Source: Bacteroidales bacterium
Lineage (GTDB): Bacteria; Bacteroidota; Bacteroidia; Bacteroidales; UBA3824
DNA: 51,188 bases
Direction: 5' to 3'
NCBI GenBank assembly: GCA_017964465.1
Contig: JAGCRY010000182.1
Location: forward strand, 1-51,188
Shown here: one piece after another, positions 8,539 through 18,911 of the stretch
Layout of the letters: the number at the start of each line of letters is the position of its first letter
Position numbering within the stretch: position 1 is the first letter of the stretch
Translations under genes and position numbers: made by a program
The notes under the pieces: generated by a model
The model's input: the letters and a program-made list of their open reading frames with translations, nothing else
What the model was told of the DNA's origin: nothing
The model's database searches: none

Positions 8539-9132
8539 ATGAAAAAAATAATATTATCATTGGCTGGAATCGCGCTGATGTTTGCGGCTGCCTGCACCAA
8601 TGACGGCGGCAAGCAGCCTGTCGACACGCCACCCGCCGATACTACGGCAAAGGCGGAAGCCGAGATTGTAATTGCGCCGCCCACCATTCCGGATTCGGAG
8701 ACTTTTTACGCCTTCGACAGCACCAAGGCATTAGTAGTCGCCAATCCGATTTCATACGACGTCACCACCAAATGCTATAACAAGGAGGACGAGTGGGAGC
8801 AGGAGCGCGTTGCCAATACCAACACCGTCGCCATTGCAAACGCCATTTTCCAAGCCGTCTATAAAGGCAGGCTGACGCCCTACGACTATGTTTCGGAGGA
8901 GCCGATGCCGCTTGACTCCGTGAAGGCTATCGAAAAGATGTTCACACGGAAGCAAATCGGCAAGATAATGTTCACCGAAAAGTGGTACTTCTCCGAGGCG
9001 ACGCTCACATTCACCAAAAAGGTGGAGCAAATCACCCTTGGCTATGAGCGCATGGTGGCAAATTCCAAAGGAGAGAAAGAGCTCCACGGCTTCAAGCCCG
9101 CATTCCTTGTAAAACTCAACGAAGCAAAATAA
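8539..9132 (+). CDS. Lipoprotein with GldN/PorN-like segment
   Basis: Lipobox AAAC. IFQAVYKGRLTPYD and FTEKWYFSEATLTFTKKV resemble GldN motifs (recognised from memory). Confidence 0.55.
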   Translation: MKKIILSLAGIALMFAAACTNDGGKQPVDTPPADTTAKAEAEIVIAPPTIPDSETFYAFDSTKALVVANPISYDVTTKCYNKEDEWEQERVANTNTVAIANAIFQAVYKGRLTPYDYVSEEPMPLDSVKAIEKMFTRKQIGKIMFTEKWYFSEATLTFTKKVEQITLGYERMVANSKGEKELHGFKPAFLVKLNEAK

Positions 9133-9144
9133 CATACAAATATA

Positions 9145-11799
9145 ATGGCAAAGTCGGACAACACAACCCCTCTGATGAGGCAGTACAACTCCATCAAGGC
9201 TAAGTATCCTGATGCAATATTGCTGTTCAGGGTGGGTGATTTTTATGAGACATTTGAATCGGACGCGGTGAAAGCCGCTGAAATTCTTGGCATCACGCTC
9301 ACAAAACGAGCCGGTGCGCCGCTTGCGGGCATTCCTTACCACGCCTTGGACAATTATTTGCCGCGTCTTGTGAGGGCGGGGCAGAGGGTTGCGATATGTG
9401 AACAATTGGAAGACCCAAAGACCTGTGTCAACAAGATTGTAAAGCGTGGTATAACTGAGTTGATAACGCCTGGTGTTTCGCTCAATGACAATGTACTCGA
9501 CAACAAGTCCGACAATTATGCCGCCTGCATCAATCACGGTCATGATAAGAATGGAATCGCCTTCTTGGATATTTCCACGGGCGACTTCCTCGTGGCGGAA
9601 GGCTCTGCCGACTACATCGACAAACTCCTCGTGTCGCTTAATCCCAAGGAAGTGCTTTATGAGCGCAGCCGCAAGGAGGACATCACCACCCTCTATGGCA
9701 ACAAATATTACCTCTATCCATTGGACGATTGGGCATTTGAACCGCAGACGGCGCGTGAGCGTCTTTTGCGCCAATTCTCCACGACGTCGCTCAAGGGCTT
9801 TGGCATTGAGGAAATGCCTTTTGCTGTGACGGCGGCGGGCGCGTTGATGCATTATCTTGATATAACGCAACATACTCAACTCAGCCACATTCTCCGCATT
9901 TCGCGTTTGGACGAAGGGCGTTATGTTTGGCTCGACAAATTCACGGTGCGCAATCTTGAAATATTCACGCCGCTAAGTCCCACGGGCAAGACGCTCTTGG
10001 ATGTCATCGACAAGACTTCAAGTCCACAGGGTGGGCGATTGTTGAAACATTGGATAGCATTGCCGCTGCGTAATGTTGGACTTATTGAAAAACGACTTGC
10101 TTACACTCAGGCTCTCAAAGACAATTTTGAACTTCTTGACAATCTTCGTACCGCGCTCCGTCAAGTCGGTGATATTGAGAGGCTTGTGTCAAAAATCTCT
10201 ACTCAGCGCGTCAATCCTCGCGATGTCAACCAGATGCGGCTGTCGTTGGAGTGCATAGCGCAGATACGCAGCCTTCTCGCCAATGAAAGCGCACAGGGCA
10301 ACCATATTTTTGATCCGCTCTATGAACAACTCAATCCCTGTATCAATGTTGCGGAACGTATTGGCAGAGAGATTGTTGATGATCCGCCGTTGTTGATTGC
10401 AAAGGGCAATTTTATCCGCAGTGGCGTGGATTCCCAACTCGACGAACTCCGCGATATGAGCGTCAACTCCAAGGAATACCTCTCCAAAATGCGCGACGAC
10501 CTTGTGGCGCAGACCGGCATCACGTCCCTGAAACTCGGCAATACTGGCGTTTTTGGCTATTATCTCGAAGTGCGCAATACTCACAAGGACAAAGTGCCGC
10601 AGGATTGGATTCGTAAGCAAACTCTCACTGACGCAGAGCGTTACATCACGCCCGAACTCAAAGAATACGAAGAAAAAATACTCACAGCCGAAGACACCAT
10701 CCAACGCATTGAGGAGCGTATTTTCAGTGAATTGGTCGCGTACCTCGCGCAATACATCGAAACTTTCCTCACAAACGCCAAGACCGTAGCCTCCATCGAC
10801 TGCCTTTGTTCGTTTGCACAGGCGGCTATCGACAACAATTATTGTCGCCCAATAATTGACGAGGGCAATTCCATCGACATCAAGGCAGGTCGCCATCCCG
10901 TCATTGAAAAACAATTGCCGGTAGGGGAGGAGTACATCCCCAACGATGTTTTCTTGGACAATGATACTCAGCAAATTATGATGATTACGGGTCCCAATAT
11001 GGCGGGCAAGTCGGCTCTCCTGCGTCAGACGGCGTTGATAATGTTGATGGCACAGGCTGGCAGTTTTGTGCCGGCGGAGAGCGTCAAGGCTGGGTATGTT
11101 GACAAAGTGTTCACACGTGTGGGCGCAAGCGACAATATTTCATCGGGCGAATCCACTTTTATGGTGGAGATGAATGAGGCGGCGGGCATCCTCAACAATA
11201 TGACTCCGCGCAGCCTTGTCCTCTTTGATGAACTTGGGCGCGGTACGTCCACTTACGACGGCATTTCAATCGCTCAGGCGATTGTGGAGTACATTCACGA
11301 ATTTCCGAAAGCGCGTGCCAAGACGCTGTTTGCAACGCATTACCACGAACTCAACGATATGGAAGCCAACTTCCCGCGCATCAAGAATTTCAATGTCTCT
11401 GTCAAGGAGATGGACGGCAAGGTGATTTTCATGCGCAAACTTGTTCCTGGCGGCAGCGAACACAGTTTTGGCATCCATGTTGCCAAACTCGCCGGTATGC
11501 CCCCCGTCGTAGTTGAACGCGCCAACGAAATTATGAAGGAACTCGAATCCGGCTCCCGTGGAAATTCTGCGACTTCCTCTGTTTCTTCTGCGTCTCCCTC
11601 TGCGTCCTCTGTGGTTAAAACCGCCAAACCGTCCAAAAAATCCAACGTCGATGGCATCCAGTTGAGTTTCTTCAACCTCGAGGATCCCGTCCTGATGCAA
11701 ATCCGCGATGAAATTAAGCAGATAGACATCAACACTCTCACGCCGATTGAGGCATTGAACAAGTTGAACGAAATTAAGAAGATTTGCGGGGTAAAATAA
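9145..11799 (+). CDS. mutS: DNA mismatch repair protein MutS
   Basis: [16 protein letters not shown], Walker [32 protein letters not shown]. Confidence 0.99.
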   Translation: MAKSDNTTPLMRQYNSIKAKYPDAILLFRVGDFYETFESDAVKAAEILGITLTKRAGAPLAGIPYHALDNYLPRLVRAGQRVAICEQLEDPKTCVNKIVKRGITELITPGVSLNDNVLDNKSDNYAACINHGHDKNGIAFLDISTGDFLVAEGSADYIDKLLVSLNPKEVLYERSRKEDITTLYGNKYYLYPLDDWAFEPQTARERLLRQFSTTSLKGFGIEEMPFAVTAAGALMHYLDITQHTQLSHILRISRLDEGRYVWLDKFTVRNLEIFTPLSPTGKTLLDVIDKTSSPQGGRLLKHWIALPLRNVGLIEKRLAYTQALKDNFELLDNLRTALRQVGDIERLVSKISTQRVNPRDVNQMRLSLECIAQIRSLLANESAQGNHIFDPLYEQLNPCINVAERIGREIVDDPPLLIAKGNFIRSGVDSQLDELRDMSVNSKEYLSKMRDDLVAQTGITSLKLGNTGVFGYYLEVRNTHKDKVPQDWIRKQTLTDAERYITPELKEYEEKILTAEDTIQRIEERIFSELVAYLAQYIETFLTNAKTVASIDCLCSFAQAAIDNNYCRPIIDEGNSIDIKAGRHPVIEKQLPVGEEYIPNDVFLDNDTQQIMMITGPNMAGKSALLRQTALIMLMAQAGSFVPAESVKAGYVDKVFTRVGASDNISSGESTFMVEMNEAAGILNNMTPRSLVLFDELGRGTSTYDGISIAQAIVEYIHEFPKARAKTLFATHYHELNDMEANFPRIKNFNVSVKEMDGKVIFMRKLVPGGSEHSFGIHVAKLAGMPPVVVERANEIMKELESGSRGNSATSSVSSASPSASSVVKTAKPSKKSNVDGIQLSFFNLEDPVLMQIRDEIKQIDINTLTPIEALNKLNEIKKICGVK
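11566..11620. repeat. REP-like CTCTG(C/T)G repeat element in frame within mutS
   Basis: tctgcgacttcctctgtttcttctgcgtctccctctgcgtcctctgtggttaaaa: repeated (C)TCTG(C/T) units encoding a Ser/Ala-rich linker. Confidence 0.55.
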
Positions 11800-11828
11800 G
11801 TAATAATGTTTTATTTAATTTGTTAATT

Positions 11829-12500
11829 ATGAAACGTTTACTTTTTTTGATATGGTTACTTGTTGCATTGCCGTCTATGGCGCAACAAATCTCCGGTACT
11901 GCATCGGGACACCCCTACGTTGACCTCGGACTCCCCTCTGGCACACTCTGGGCAACCACCAACATCGGTGCGAAGAATCCTTGGGAGTGTGGCGACTACT
12001 TTGCCTGGGGCGAGACCACTTCAAAATCAGAATACGACTGGTCAACCTATAAATACGTCAATGTCGCATCCAACAAGCTCACGAAATACTGCAACACATC
12101 CGACAAAGGCAACAATGGCTACACCGACAGCCGCACCACCCTCGAACGCATCGACGATGCTGCCGCCGCCAACTGGGGCAGCGATTGGTGTATGTCCACG
12201 TTAGACCAGATAAAAGAACTGAAAGACAAATGTACTTGGACATGGACAACCAACTATGATATCGAAGGTTATGAGGTTACCGGACCTAACGGCAATTCGC
12301 TTTTCCTTCCTGCCTCTGGTTACCGTGGCGGTTCAGAACTCGGCGGCGTTGGCGACAGTGGCTACTTCTGGTCGTGTTTGCTCACCGAGTCCAACCCGAA
12401 TGACGCGGTGAGCTTGTGGTTTGATTCATTCGACGTGGATTGGGACGGCATCAGCCGCTGCATCGGTTTTACGGTGCGCCCGGTGCGGTGCAGGAATTGA
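11829..12500 (+). CDS. Secreted VDLGLPSG-motif protein (DUF1566/C-type-lectin-like fold); candidate DGR target
   Basis: Signal peptide MKRLLFLIWLLVALPSMA, YVDLGLPSGTLWATTNIGA, GPNGNSLFLPASG, GYFWS, C-terminal R..GFTVRPV. Confidence 0.8.
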   Translation: MKRLLFLIWLLVALPSMAQQISGTASGHPYVDLGLPSGTLWATTNIGAKNPWECGDYFAWGETTSKSEYDWSTYKYVNVASNKLTKYCNTSDKGNNGYTDSRTTLERIDDAAAANWGSDWCMSTLDQIKELKDKCTWTWTTNYDIEGYEVTGPNGNSLFLPASGYRGGSELGGVGDSGYFWSCLLTESNPNDAVSLWFDSFDVDWDGISRCIGFTVRPVRCRN

Positions 12501-12672
12501 CCTTATATCACCGCCTCGTAAATCCTTTTTCCCTCGTGCTTAATCATTTTTTTGCAGTAAACCGTTTATTTTTCATTTTTTAATGCTAAAATAACAGAAA
12601 TGCCAACAAAATGATTTATCTTTGCAGCCGATAGATATACAGAGTAAGCAGCACACAACAGCATTAATGTAA

Positions 12673-14898
12673 ATGAATTTGAGAGTCCTATCTTTGATAA
12701 AAGTCATATTGCCAATGGTGATGTTGGCAGTCCTTGTTTCATGCGCCAAGGACGATGGTTTCATGCGCCCTAATGCCAATGATTCTTTGAGACTTGCGGA
12801 TTTTCGTGAGCAGGCGTTAGGTAGTAAAAAGTTGGATGAGGCGGTCGGTTACGCCATGAAAGAACTTAATCTTGCGCAAGATCTCCATTATCCTGAAGAC
12901 GAGGTGAAGGCATTGCTCTTGTTGTATGAATTGTATTATAACTGTGGCAAAAATGTTGAGGCTCTGGCGTATGCGACGAAGGCAAGCCAGATTTCTGACT
13001 CGCTCGGTTTCAGAAGACTTTCTGCTCAAAGTTACCATGCGCTCGGTAATGTGATGAGCCGTTTTAAGAATAATCCTGTCGCCACTAAAAACTTTGCACA
13101 GGCTTTCATGTCATATTTTGAGATGGAGGACACAATCGCTGTTACGGATGTATGGAGAGACCTCATGCCGTCATATTTCAATGCCAACATCTTCGATTCC
13201 GCAATGATTGTATGTCAGAGAAGTTATTATTTTGATAGAAGGTTCCATAACGAACGTGGAATGACAGAAACAAAGGCTCAGCATGGTTCCATGTTCCTTG
13301 CCATTTTCCGAACAAATGCTGTGGACCCTGACTATTCAAAACTTGATTCCGCTCATATTTTGTTGCGTGAGGCGGAGGCAATAAACCGCAAACTCAACGA
13401 CCCGAAAATTCGCAAGATTGTTTGTATCGGTTTGGCGGAGACTCTCTATTATCTTTCCGTTGATGCAAAAGATCCGAAACGTAGCCGCGAACTCGCCGAC
13501 AGCAGCATGTTATATTTGCCGGAGGCTTGTTTCATTGCAAAAAATACCGGCGTCGCGGAGATTATACACCGCATCAATATTCTTGGTGTGAAAATCAAAC
13601 ATGCTGTTGGCGATGTTAAGGCGACTGAATTGTTCGTGGATTCGCTTGTCAGGGTGGCTGACAGCACAAAGACATATATTGACAAGGAAACCGCTTACCG
13701 TGCAAAGTCGATTCTCGCTGCATATAATGATGACTATGAAAATGCTTTTGCAAACAGGGTGCTCGCCGAGAAAAACCGTGAAGTAATCAATTATCGTGAC
13801 AATTCTGTCCGCCTTTCCATACAACTTGCAAAGAAACAGAATGATGACTTCCTGGCAATTTCTAAACGGAAACAGGACGAATTGATTGGTGAAAGTGAAT
13901 TTCAGAAGAACGTCAGCATGATGGCTATAGGTGGCGTTACGCTGCTGCTTATAATCGGTGCGCTGTTGTTCCGCAGTTTCAATCATACAAAACGGCTCAA
14001 CAACAAAATCAATTCCATCAATGAGGAAATCCGCGCTCAGAGCGAGGTCATCCGTGTCAAGAATGAGGAAATCATGGACGGCATTACATACGCGAGCATC
14101 ATTCAGTTTGCTGCGATGCCGTCCGCTTCCGAGATGAAACATCTTTTTGGAGATCATCTTGTGTATCTTTCGGCGCGTAATGTGGTTTCTGGTGACTTCT
14201 ATTGGGCATCGGAGGACATTTCTGGTCGCTACAAACTGCTTGCAGTAGGCGATTGTACGGGTCATGGCGTGCCGGGTGCTTTGCTCAGCATGTTAGGCAT
14301 GTCGATATTGGACTACACGACAAGGCATTTCGGCTCTGGAGAAATTTCCGCCGGCGTCGTCCTCGACAAAATGCGCAACAACTTTAAGCGCACTCTTAAT
14401 CAGACTTCATTCAGCAATGACAAGTCGGTTGATAGCATTGATATTGTTCTCTTAGTGTTTGATACTCAGGCCAAAGTGTTGCATTATTCGGCGGCGTTCA
14501 GACCGTTGCTGTTGTTCAGGTATGGAGAGCTCATGCGCATGAAGGCGGATTCTATGCCGATTGGTATCTATTTGCGAGAAAAGCCTCATTTCACTGACAA
14601 TGAAATGAAACTTTGTAAGGGTGACATCATATATCTATATTCTGATGGCATGACCGACCAGGAAGGCTATGAGGATGCAGATGCTCAAGCCCCGAAGGCT
14701 TACTCCACCAAAAAGTTTTTCAAATTGCTCAAGGGCATTTTCCAGCAGCCGTTTGATGAGCAGGAAACCATCATCAGACAATCAATCGAGGAATGGCGAC
14801 TGCCAAAAGCCCCTCATCAAATTGAGCGTGACAAGACTGATGACGCCACAATCGTGGGCGTTGCCGTAAATAATTTCATCAAGTTTGATGAAGTTTAG
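12673..14898 (+). CDS. Membrane-bound SpoIIE/PP2C phosphatase with TPR-like sensor domain
   Basis: Lipobox LVSC, helical TPR-like region, TM helix, coiled coil, VSGDFYW, GDCTGHGVPGALLS, YSDGMTDQ, TDDAT. Confidence 0.92.
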   Translation: MNLRVLSLIKVILPMVMLAVLVSCAKDDGFMRPNANDSLRLADFREQALGSKKLDEAVGYAMKELNLAQDLHYPEDEVKALLLLYELYYNCGKNVEALAYATKASQISDSLGFRRLSAQSYHALGNVMSRFKNNPVATKNFAQAFMSYFEMEDTIAVTDVWRDLMPSYFNANIFDSAMIVCQRSYYFDRRFHNERGMTETKAQHGSMFLAIFRTNAVDPDYSKLDSAHILLREAEAINRKLNDPKIRKIVCIGLAETLYYLSVDAKDPKRSRELADSSMLYLPEACFIAKNTGVAEIIHRINILGVKIKHAVGDVKATELFVDSLVRVADSTKTYIDKETAYRAKSILAAYNDDYENAFANRVLAEKNREVINYRDNSVRLSIQLAKKQNDDFLAISKRKQDELIGESEFQKNVSMMAIGGVTLLLIIGALLFRSFNHTKRLNNKINSINEEIRAQSEVIRVKNEEIMDGITYASIIQFAAMPSASEMKHLFGDHLVYLSARNVVSGDFYWASEDISGRYKLLAVGDCTGHGVPGALLSMLGMSILDYTTRHFGSGEISAGVVLDKMRNNFKRTLNQTSFSNDKSVDSIDIVLLVFDTQAKVLHYSAAFRPLLLFRYGELMRMKADSMPIGIYLREKPHFTDNEMKLCKGDIIYLYSDGMTDQEGYEDADAQAPKAYSTKKFFKLLKGIFQQPFDEQETIIRQSIEEWRLPKAPHQIERDKTDDATIVGVAVNNFIKFDEV

Positions 14899-15449
14899 TT
14901 GTGGCTAAATTTCTTGATGACCTTTGTGTATCCCCACCATGCTAACATGGCGAACAGTGTCCCAACAACTGCGCCAACAAGCACATCCCCAAGATAGTGC
15001 CGTCCGAGATAAATCCTTGAATATGCCACCATTACGGCGATGACGTATATTGTTATGGTGAAATATTTGTTTTTGAAATATTTGCTTGTCATGTATGCCA
15101 AGCCGAAAAAAATTGCTGAATGAGCCGAGAAAAATCCAAATTTCCCGCCTCGGTCGTCATTGACGATGTGCACAATGTCTTTAATGTCTTCATTCCAGCA
15201 TGGACGTAGCCGCTGCACAGTATATTTGCAAAGGTTGCAGAGTTGGTCGGCGCATGCAATCATCACAACCACGGCAAGCAAAAACCATAGCGCTTCCTTG
15301 GGTTTGCGTTTGAAGAATAAGTATGCAATAAGCAGTGCGCCGATTGCAAACCATGTATATCTTAGTGACACGTACCAGAAGAACGTGTCCATTCCGTCGC
15401 TGTTCATGCTGTTGAGATACAATGTAATCTCTTGGTCTAACGATTCCAT
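14895..15449 (-). CDS. PAP2 family phosphatase
   Basis: K...RLRP, FSAHSA, SRIYLGRHYLGDV; hydrophobic. Confidence 0.92.
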   Translation of the reverse strand: MESLDQEITLYLNSMNSDGMDTFFWYVSLRYTWFAIGALLIAYLFFKRKPKEALWFLLAVVVMIACADQLCNLCKYTVQRLRPCWNEDIKDIVHIVNDDRGGKFGFFSAHSAIFFGLAYMTSKYFKNKYFTITIYVIAVMVAYSRIYLGRHYLGDVLVGAVVGTLFAMLAWWGYTKVIKKFSHN

Positions 15450-15460
15450 TTAATTATGAA

Positions 15461-16231
15461 TTATGAATTGAATGTGCTTTGTCTGAAAAATTCGCTGCAA
15501 ACTATTGATGTCGCCGTTGCAACATTCAGCGATTCGGGGGCTTTGTCGGCGGATGTTCCACACGGTATCAGAATCCTTTTTGTTATCTGTTTTTCGGTTT
15601 CTGGCAGTATTCCATGCCCCTCATTGCCAAGGACAATGACACCTTTGTTGGACAGTTTTGTGGTGAAGATATTGTCACCATCGAGGAACGTTCCATAAAC
15701 AGGAAGCCCGATTTCCTTAGCATAGTCAAGTGTTTCGGGCAGTTTACAATAATGGACATCAACCCTGAACGCCGAACCCATCGACGCTTGTATCACTTTT
15801 GAATTATACAAATCCACACAATCATCTGACGCCAATATTGTGCTGATTCCAAACCAGTTTGCAATCCTGATAATTGTTCCGAAATTGCCTGGGTCTCGCA
15901 CGCTGTCGAGTGCGAGATATAGTGTGTTGGCGTTGAGTTTGAAATTTTTTTCGGGCTTCATCTCAACTTCGGCGACAACATTGCAGGCGGTTTGCATGGC
16001 TGATATTTTTTTTATCTCCATATCAGACGCCTCGGTTATCGTCACGCCGTGGAATTTTTTTGCATTGTCGGCAATCCATTCGCCTGTGGCAAATATTTCG
16101 CGCACTTTCATCGGCGACCGCAGTAGTTCCATGACCACTTTGTGACCCTCGGCGACGAAGGTTTGGGTCTCATTGCGGAATTTTTTTTGTTGCAATGCGT
16201 TAATCTGTTTTATCCGATTTTTGCTGAGCAT
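15461..16231 (-). CDS. TrmH/SpoU family RNA methyltransferase
   Basis: LDSVRDPGNFGTIIR, LGNEGHG, ESLNVA. Confidence 0.93.
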   Translation of the reverse strand: MLSKNRIKQINALQQKKFRNETQTFVAEGHKVVMELLRSPMKVREIFATGEWIADNAKKFHGVTITEASDMEIKKISAMQTACNVVAEVEMKPEKNFKLNANTLYLALDSVRDPGNFGTIIRIANWFGISTILASDDCVDLYNSKVIQASMGSAFRVDVHYCKLPETLDYAKEIGLPVYGTFLDGDNIFTTKLSNKGVIVLGNEGHGILPETEKQITKRILIPCGTSADKAPESLNVATATSIVCSEFFRQSTFNS

Positions 16232-16290
16232 TATTTTTATTTATAATTTTGTAGCGTGAAATTTTTCAGGATGCTAAACTAACAAAAATT

Positions 16291-18876
16291 TTGAATTTAA
16301 ACAAAATATACTTCAAAATAACAACTCTGTTTTTGCTGGTTGTATGTATTGCGATGGGCTGTTCTCCGGTTGTGAAGGAAGGAAGCCTGCTCGTCGGCAA
16401 TGCTGTGGACTGCGACAATTCGGTTATAGACGTTGATGAGCCACTGTCATACGTGCGCCAGATGCCGTCCACAACCGTGCTTGGCATGGCTGTGCACGCC
16501 CGTATATATAATTCTGTGCCTCAGCATAAGGCGGATTCAATCAGGGCAGCCCATGTCGTTGCTCTCGACAGCATAAACAGGACTCGCATCCAGGAAATAA
16601 GGTATCAGAAGGGGTACTATCTCGACCATCTCAAAGACCTCCGCCTAAAAATTCCTTATTATCAGGAGGAAGGCGACATGAAACTCGTAAAGGCACTTGT
16701 GAAGGATTCATGCAAATCCTATCGCAAATACCGCCGGTATGTTGCCAAGGATTCGTTCTTCACTCCAAAAGCCAAGATTTTTTCATTCCCACTGTTCTGG
16801 CAGAACATAGGCGAAAAGCCTTCCATATACGACAGCACTCTTTCTATAAAGTCGCTCGAGCAGATTCGTCTTTACATGCAGACAAAAGGTTTTTATGAGT
16901 CTGTGGTTACATACACAGAAAAGGAACGACGCCACAAGATGTTTGTGACCTATCACATAAAGGCTGGTACTCCCATAAGGCTCAGAGACATAAGCTTCAA
17001 GATTGACGATGACACTATATCTAAATATGTGCTGAAAGACACGGCGTCTTCGCTCATAAAGACGGGCGGCATACTTGATGTAAATGTGCTCCAGGACGAA
17101 CGCACACGCATCAGCGACGCACTGAAACAGATTGGCTACTATAATTTTCGTAAGGATTACATTGAATATACAATTGATACGCTCATTGGTGGACATCAGG
17201 CTGACCTCGTGCTTGAGGTGCTGCCTGTCACAATGGAAAACGGCAAGACTTCTAAGCACCGCCGCTTCTATGTCTCCAACATCAATGTTTATCCAAATTA
17301 TGACGCCACGAAGGAGTTGCAGGATTATGACAGTTATTATGACAATATGCGCACCTACTATTCGCGTGGTGTCGGCGGCTCGTCTCCTGTGACTTTCTAT
17401 TATCAACCCGACACCTTCCGCATAAAGCCAAGGACTATCGCAAAGGAAATTTTTGTTAAGTCTGGCGAACTTTACAATCAGCGCAGTGTCAATGATACAT
17501 ACAAGCATCTTTCGGCATTCAATGTTTACAAGATGGTTGAGGTGAATTTTGATGACCACACCATGTCCAAGGATTCTCTTAACTGCAACATTTATCTCAC
17601 GCCGAGCAAGCCACAGGAATTTGTCTATGGTATCGGCGCGACAAACTCATCTGGTAACATTGGTGCGTCGTTCACAAATTCATACAGGAACAAGAATATT
17701 TTTAATGGTGCGGAGACTTTTGACTTGAGGTATTTGATGTCTTTTGAAAGCCAGACGAGTTTCAATGGAGAACAGAATGCCTTCGCCCTCAATACCCAAG
17801 AATATGGACTTGAATCGAGACTTTATTTCCCGAGAATGCTTGCGCCGAGGTTCCTCCGTATGTGGACACGTGAAAAAACGCCGCGCACAAACATCTCCAT
17901 TTTGCTCAATTACCGCCGCCGTCCCGATTATACGAGGTCGATGATAAATCTAAACCTCAATTACCAGTTTGCTGATAATAAGTATTTGAGCAGCACGGTG
18001 ACGCCAGTCAGGTTGAGTTCTATTAAAATTTCAAACGCTGACCAGGCGTTCCTCGACTGGCTTGACAAACTTTTCATCAAGGATTCATATCAGGATCACT
18101 TTATACTTGGGTCGGGATATTCCATTGTGTTCAACAATCAGTCGTCAGGGAAGCGGTCGTATCATTACGTGAAGTTTAATCTCAGTTGGGCTGGCAACAT
18201 GCTTACGCTTGCAAGCCGTCTCCTCAATCGTGAAAAGAATGAAAACGGTTCATACGATGCGCCGTTGATGCACACCACATACGCTCAGTTTGTGAAGACT
18301 GATATTGATTATCGCCATTATCTCCGTACAATAGGTACTAATGTTTTGGTTTTCAGAGCCTTCGCAGGTGTGGGTATTCCATACGGCAATATTAGTTTCA
18401 TGCCATTCACGGAACAATATTTTTCGGGTGGTGCAAACAGTCTGAGAGCGTGGCAGATACGTAGTGTCGGACCAGGCAGTTTTGATAATGCAGATGCGGC
18501 TGGCATAAACGCCAAATACCCAAATATGACCTCAGACATGAAGCTCGAGGCCAACTTGGAATATAGGTTCAAGCTATTTTGGGTTGTAGAAGGCGCGTGG
18601 TTTTTTGATGCAGGCAACATCTGGTCTATTAATAAGGACGATAAGCGTGAAGGCGGGGACTTTGATGTAAAACGTTTTTACAAGGAGATTGCAGTCGGCT
18701 CAGGTTTGGGGTTGCGGTTGGATTTTGACTTTTTCCTGTTCCGTGCCGATTTTGGTCTCAAACTCCGCGACCCGTCTCTGAAAGACGGTGAACGTTGGTT
18801 GGCGAAAAACGACCATTCGTTCATATTCCGTGGCAGCAATTGGGCATTCTGCCTCGGTATTGGATACCCATTCTAA
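16291..18876 (+). CDS. tamL: Omp85-family translocation and assembly module lipoprotein (TamL-like)
   Basis: TTG start, lipobox MGC, POTRA-like region, YFSGGANSLRAW, LRLDFDFFLFRADFG, C-terminal IGYPF. Confidence 0.8.
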   Translation: MNLNKIYFKITTLFLLVVCIAMGCSPVVKEGSLLVGNAVDCDNSVIDVDEPLSYVRQMPSTTVLGMAVHARIYNSVPQHKADSIRAAHVVALDSINRTRIQEIRYQKGYYLDHLKDLRLKIPYYQEEGDMKLVKALVKDSCKSYRKYRRYVAKDSFFTPKAKIFSFPLFWQNIGEKPSIYDSTLSIKSLEQIRLYMQTKGFYESVVTYTEKERRHKMFVTYHIKAGTPIRLRDISFKIDDDTISKYVLKDTASSLIKTGGILDVNVLQDERTRISDALKQIGYYNFRKDYIEYTIDTLIGGHQADLVLEVLPVTMENGKTSKHRRFYVSNINVYPNYDATKELQDYDSYYDNMRTYYSRGVGGSSPVTFYYQPDTFRIKPRTIAKEIFVKSGELYNQRSVNDTYKHLSAFNVYKMVEVNFDDHTMSKDSLNCNIYLTPSKPQEFVYGIGATNSSGNIGASFTNSYRNKNIFNGAETFDLRYLMSFESQTSFNGEQNAFALNTQEYGLESRLYFPRMLAPRFLRMWTREKTPRTNISILLNYRRRPDYTRSMINLNLNYQFADNKYLSSTVTPVRLSSIKISNADQAFLDWLDKLFIKDSYQDHFILGSGYSIVFNNQSSGKRSYHYVKFNLSWAGNMLTLASRLLNREKNENGSYDAPLMHTTYAQFVKTDIDYRHYLRTIGTNVLVFRAFAGVGIPYGNISFMPFTEQYFSGGANSLRAWQIRSVGPGSFDNADAAGINAKYPNMTSDMKLEANLEYRFKLFWVVEGAWFFDAGNIWSINKDDKREGGDFDVKRFYKEIAVGSGLGLRLDFDFFLFRADFGLKLRDPSLKDGERWLAKNDHSFIFRGSNWAFCLGIGYPF

Positions 18877-18911
18877 ACAATGCATTATGAAAATTATACA
18901 TTATAAAAGAT

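Noticed and set aside
8752-9888. 378-aa minus-strand ORF, and similar long antisense ORFs over mutS, tamL, the MCPs and the CLC gene
   Set aside because: Shadow frames of well-supported genes with no recognisable motifs.
12501-12672. DGR template repeat or IMH hairpin downstream of the VDLGLPSG gene
   Set aside because: No AAC-rich copy of the 3' end and no clear GC hairpin here, and none noticed elsewhere in the window.
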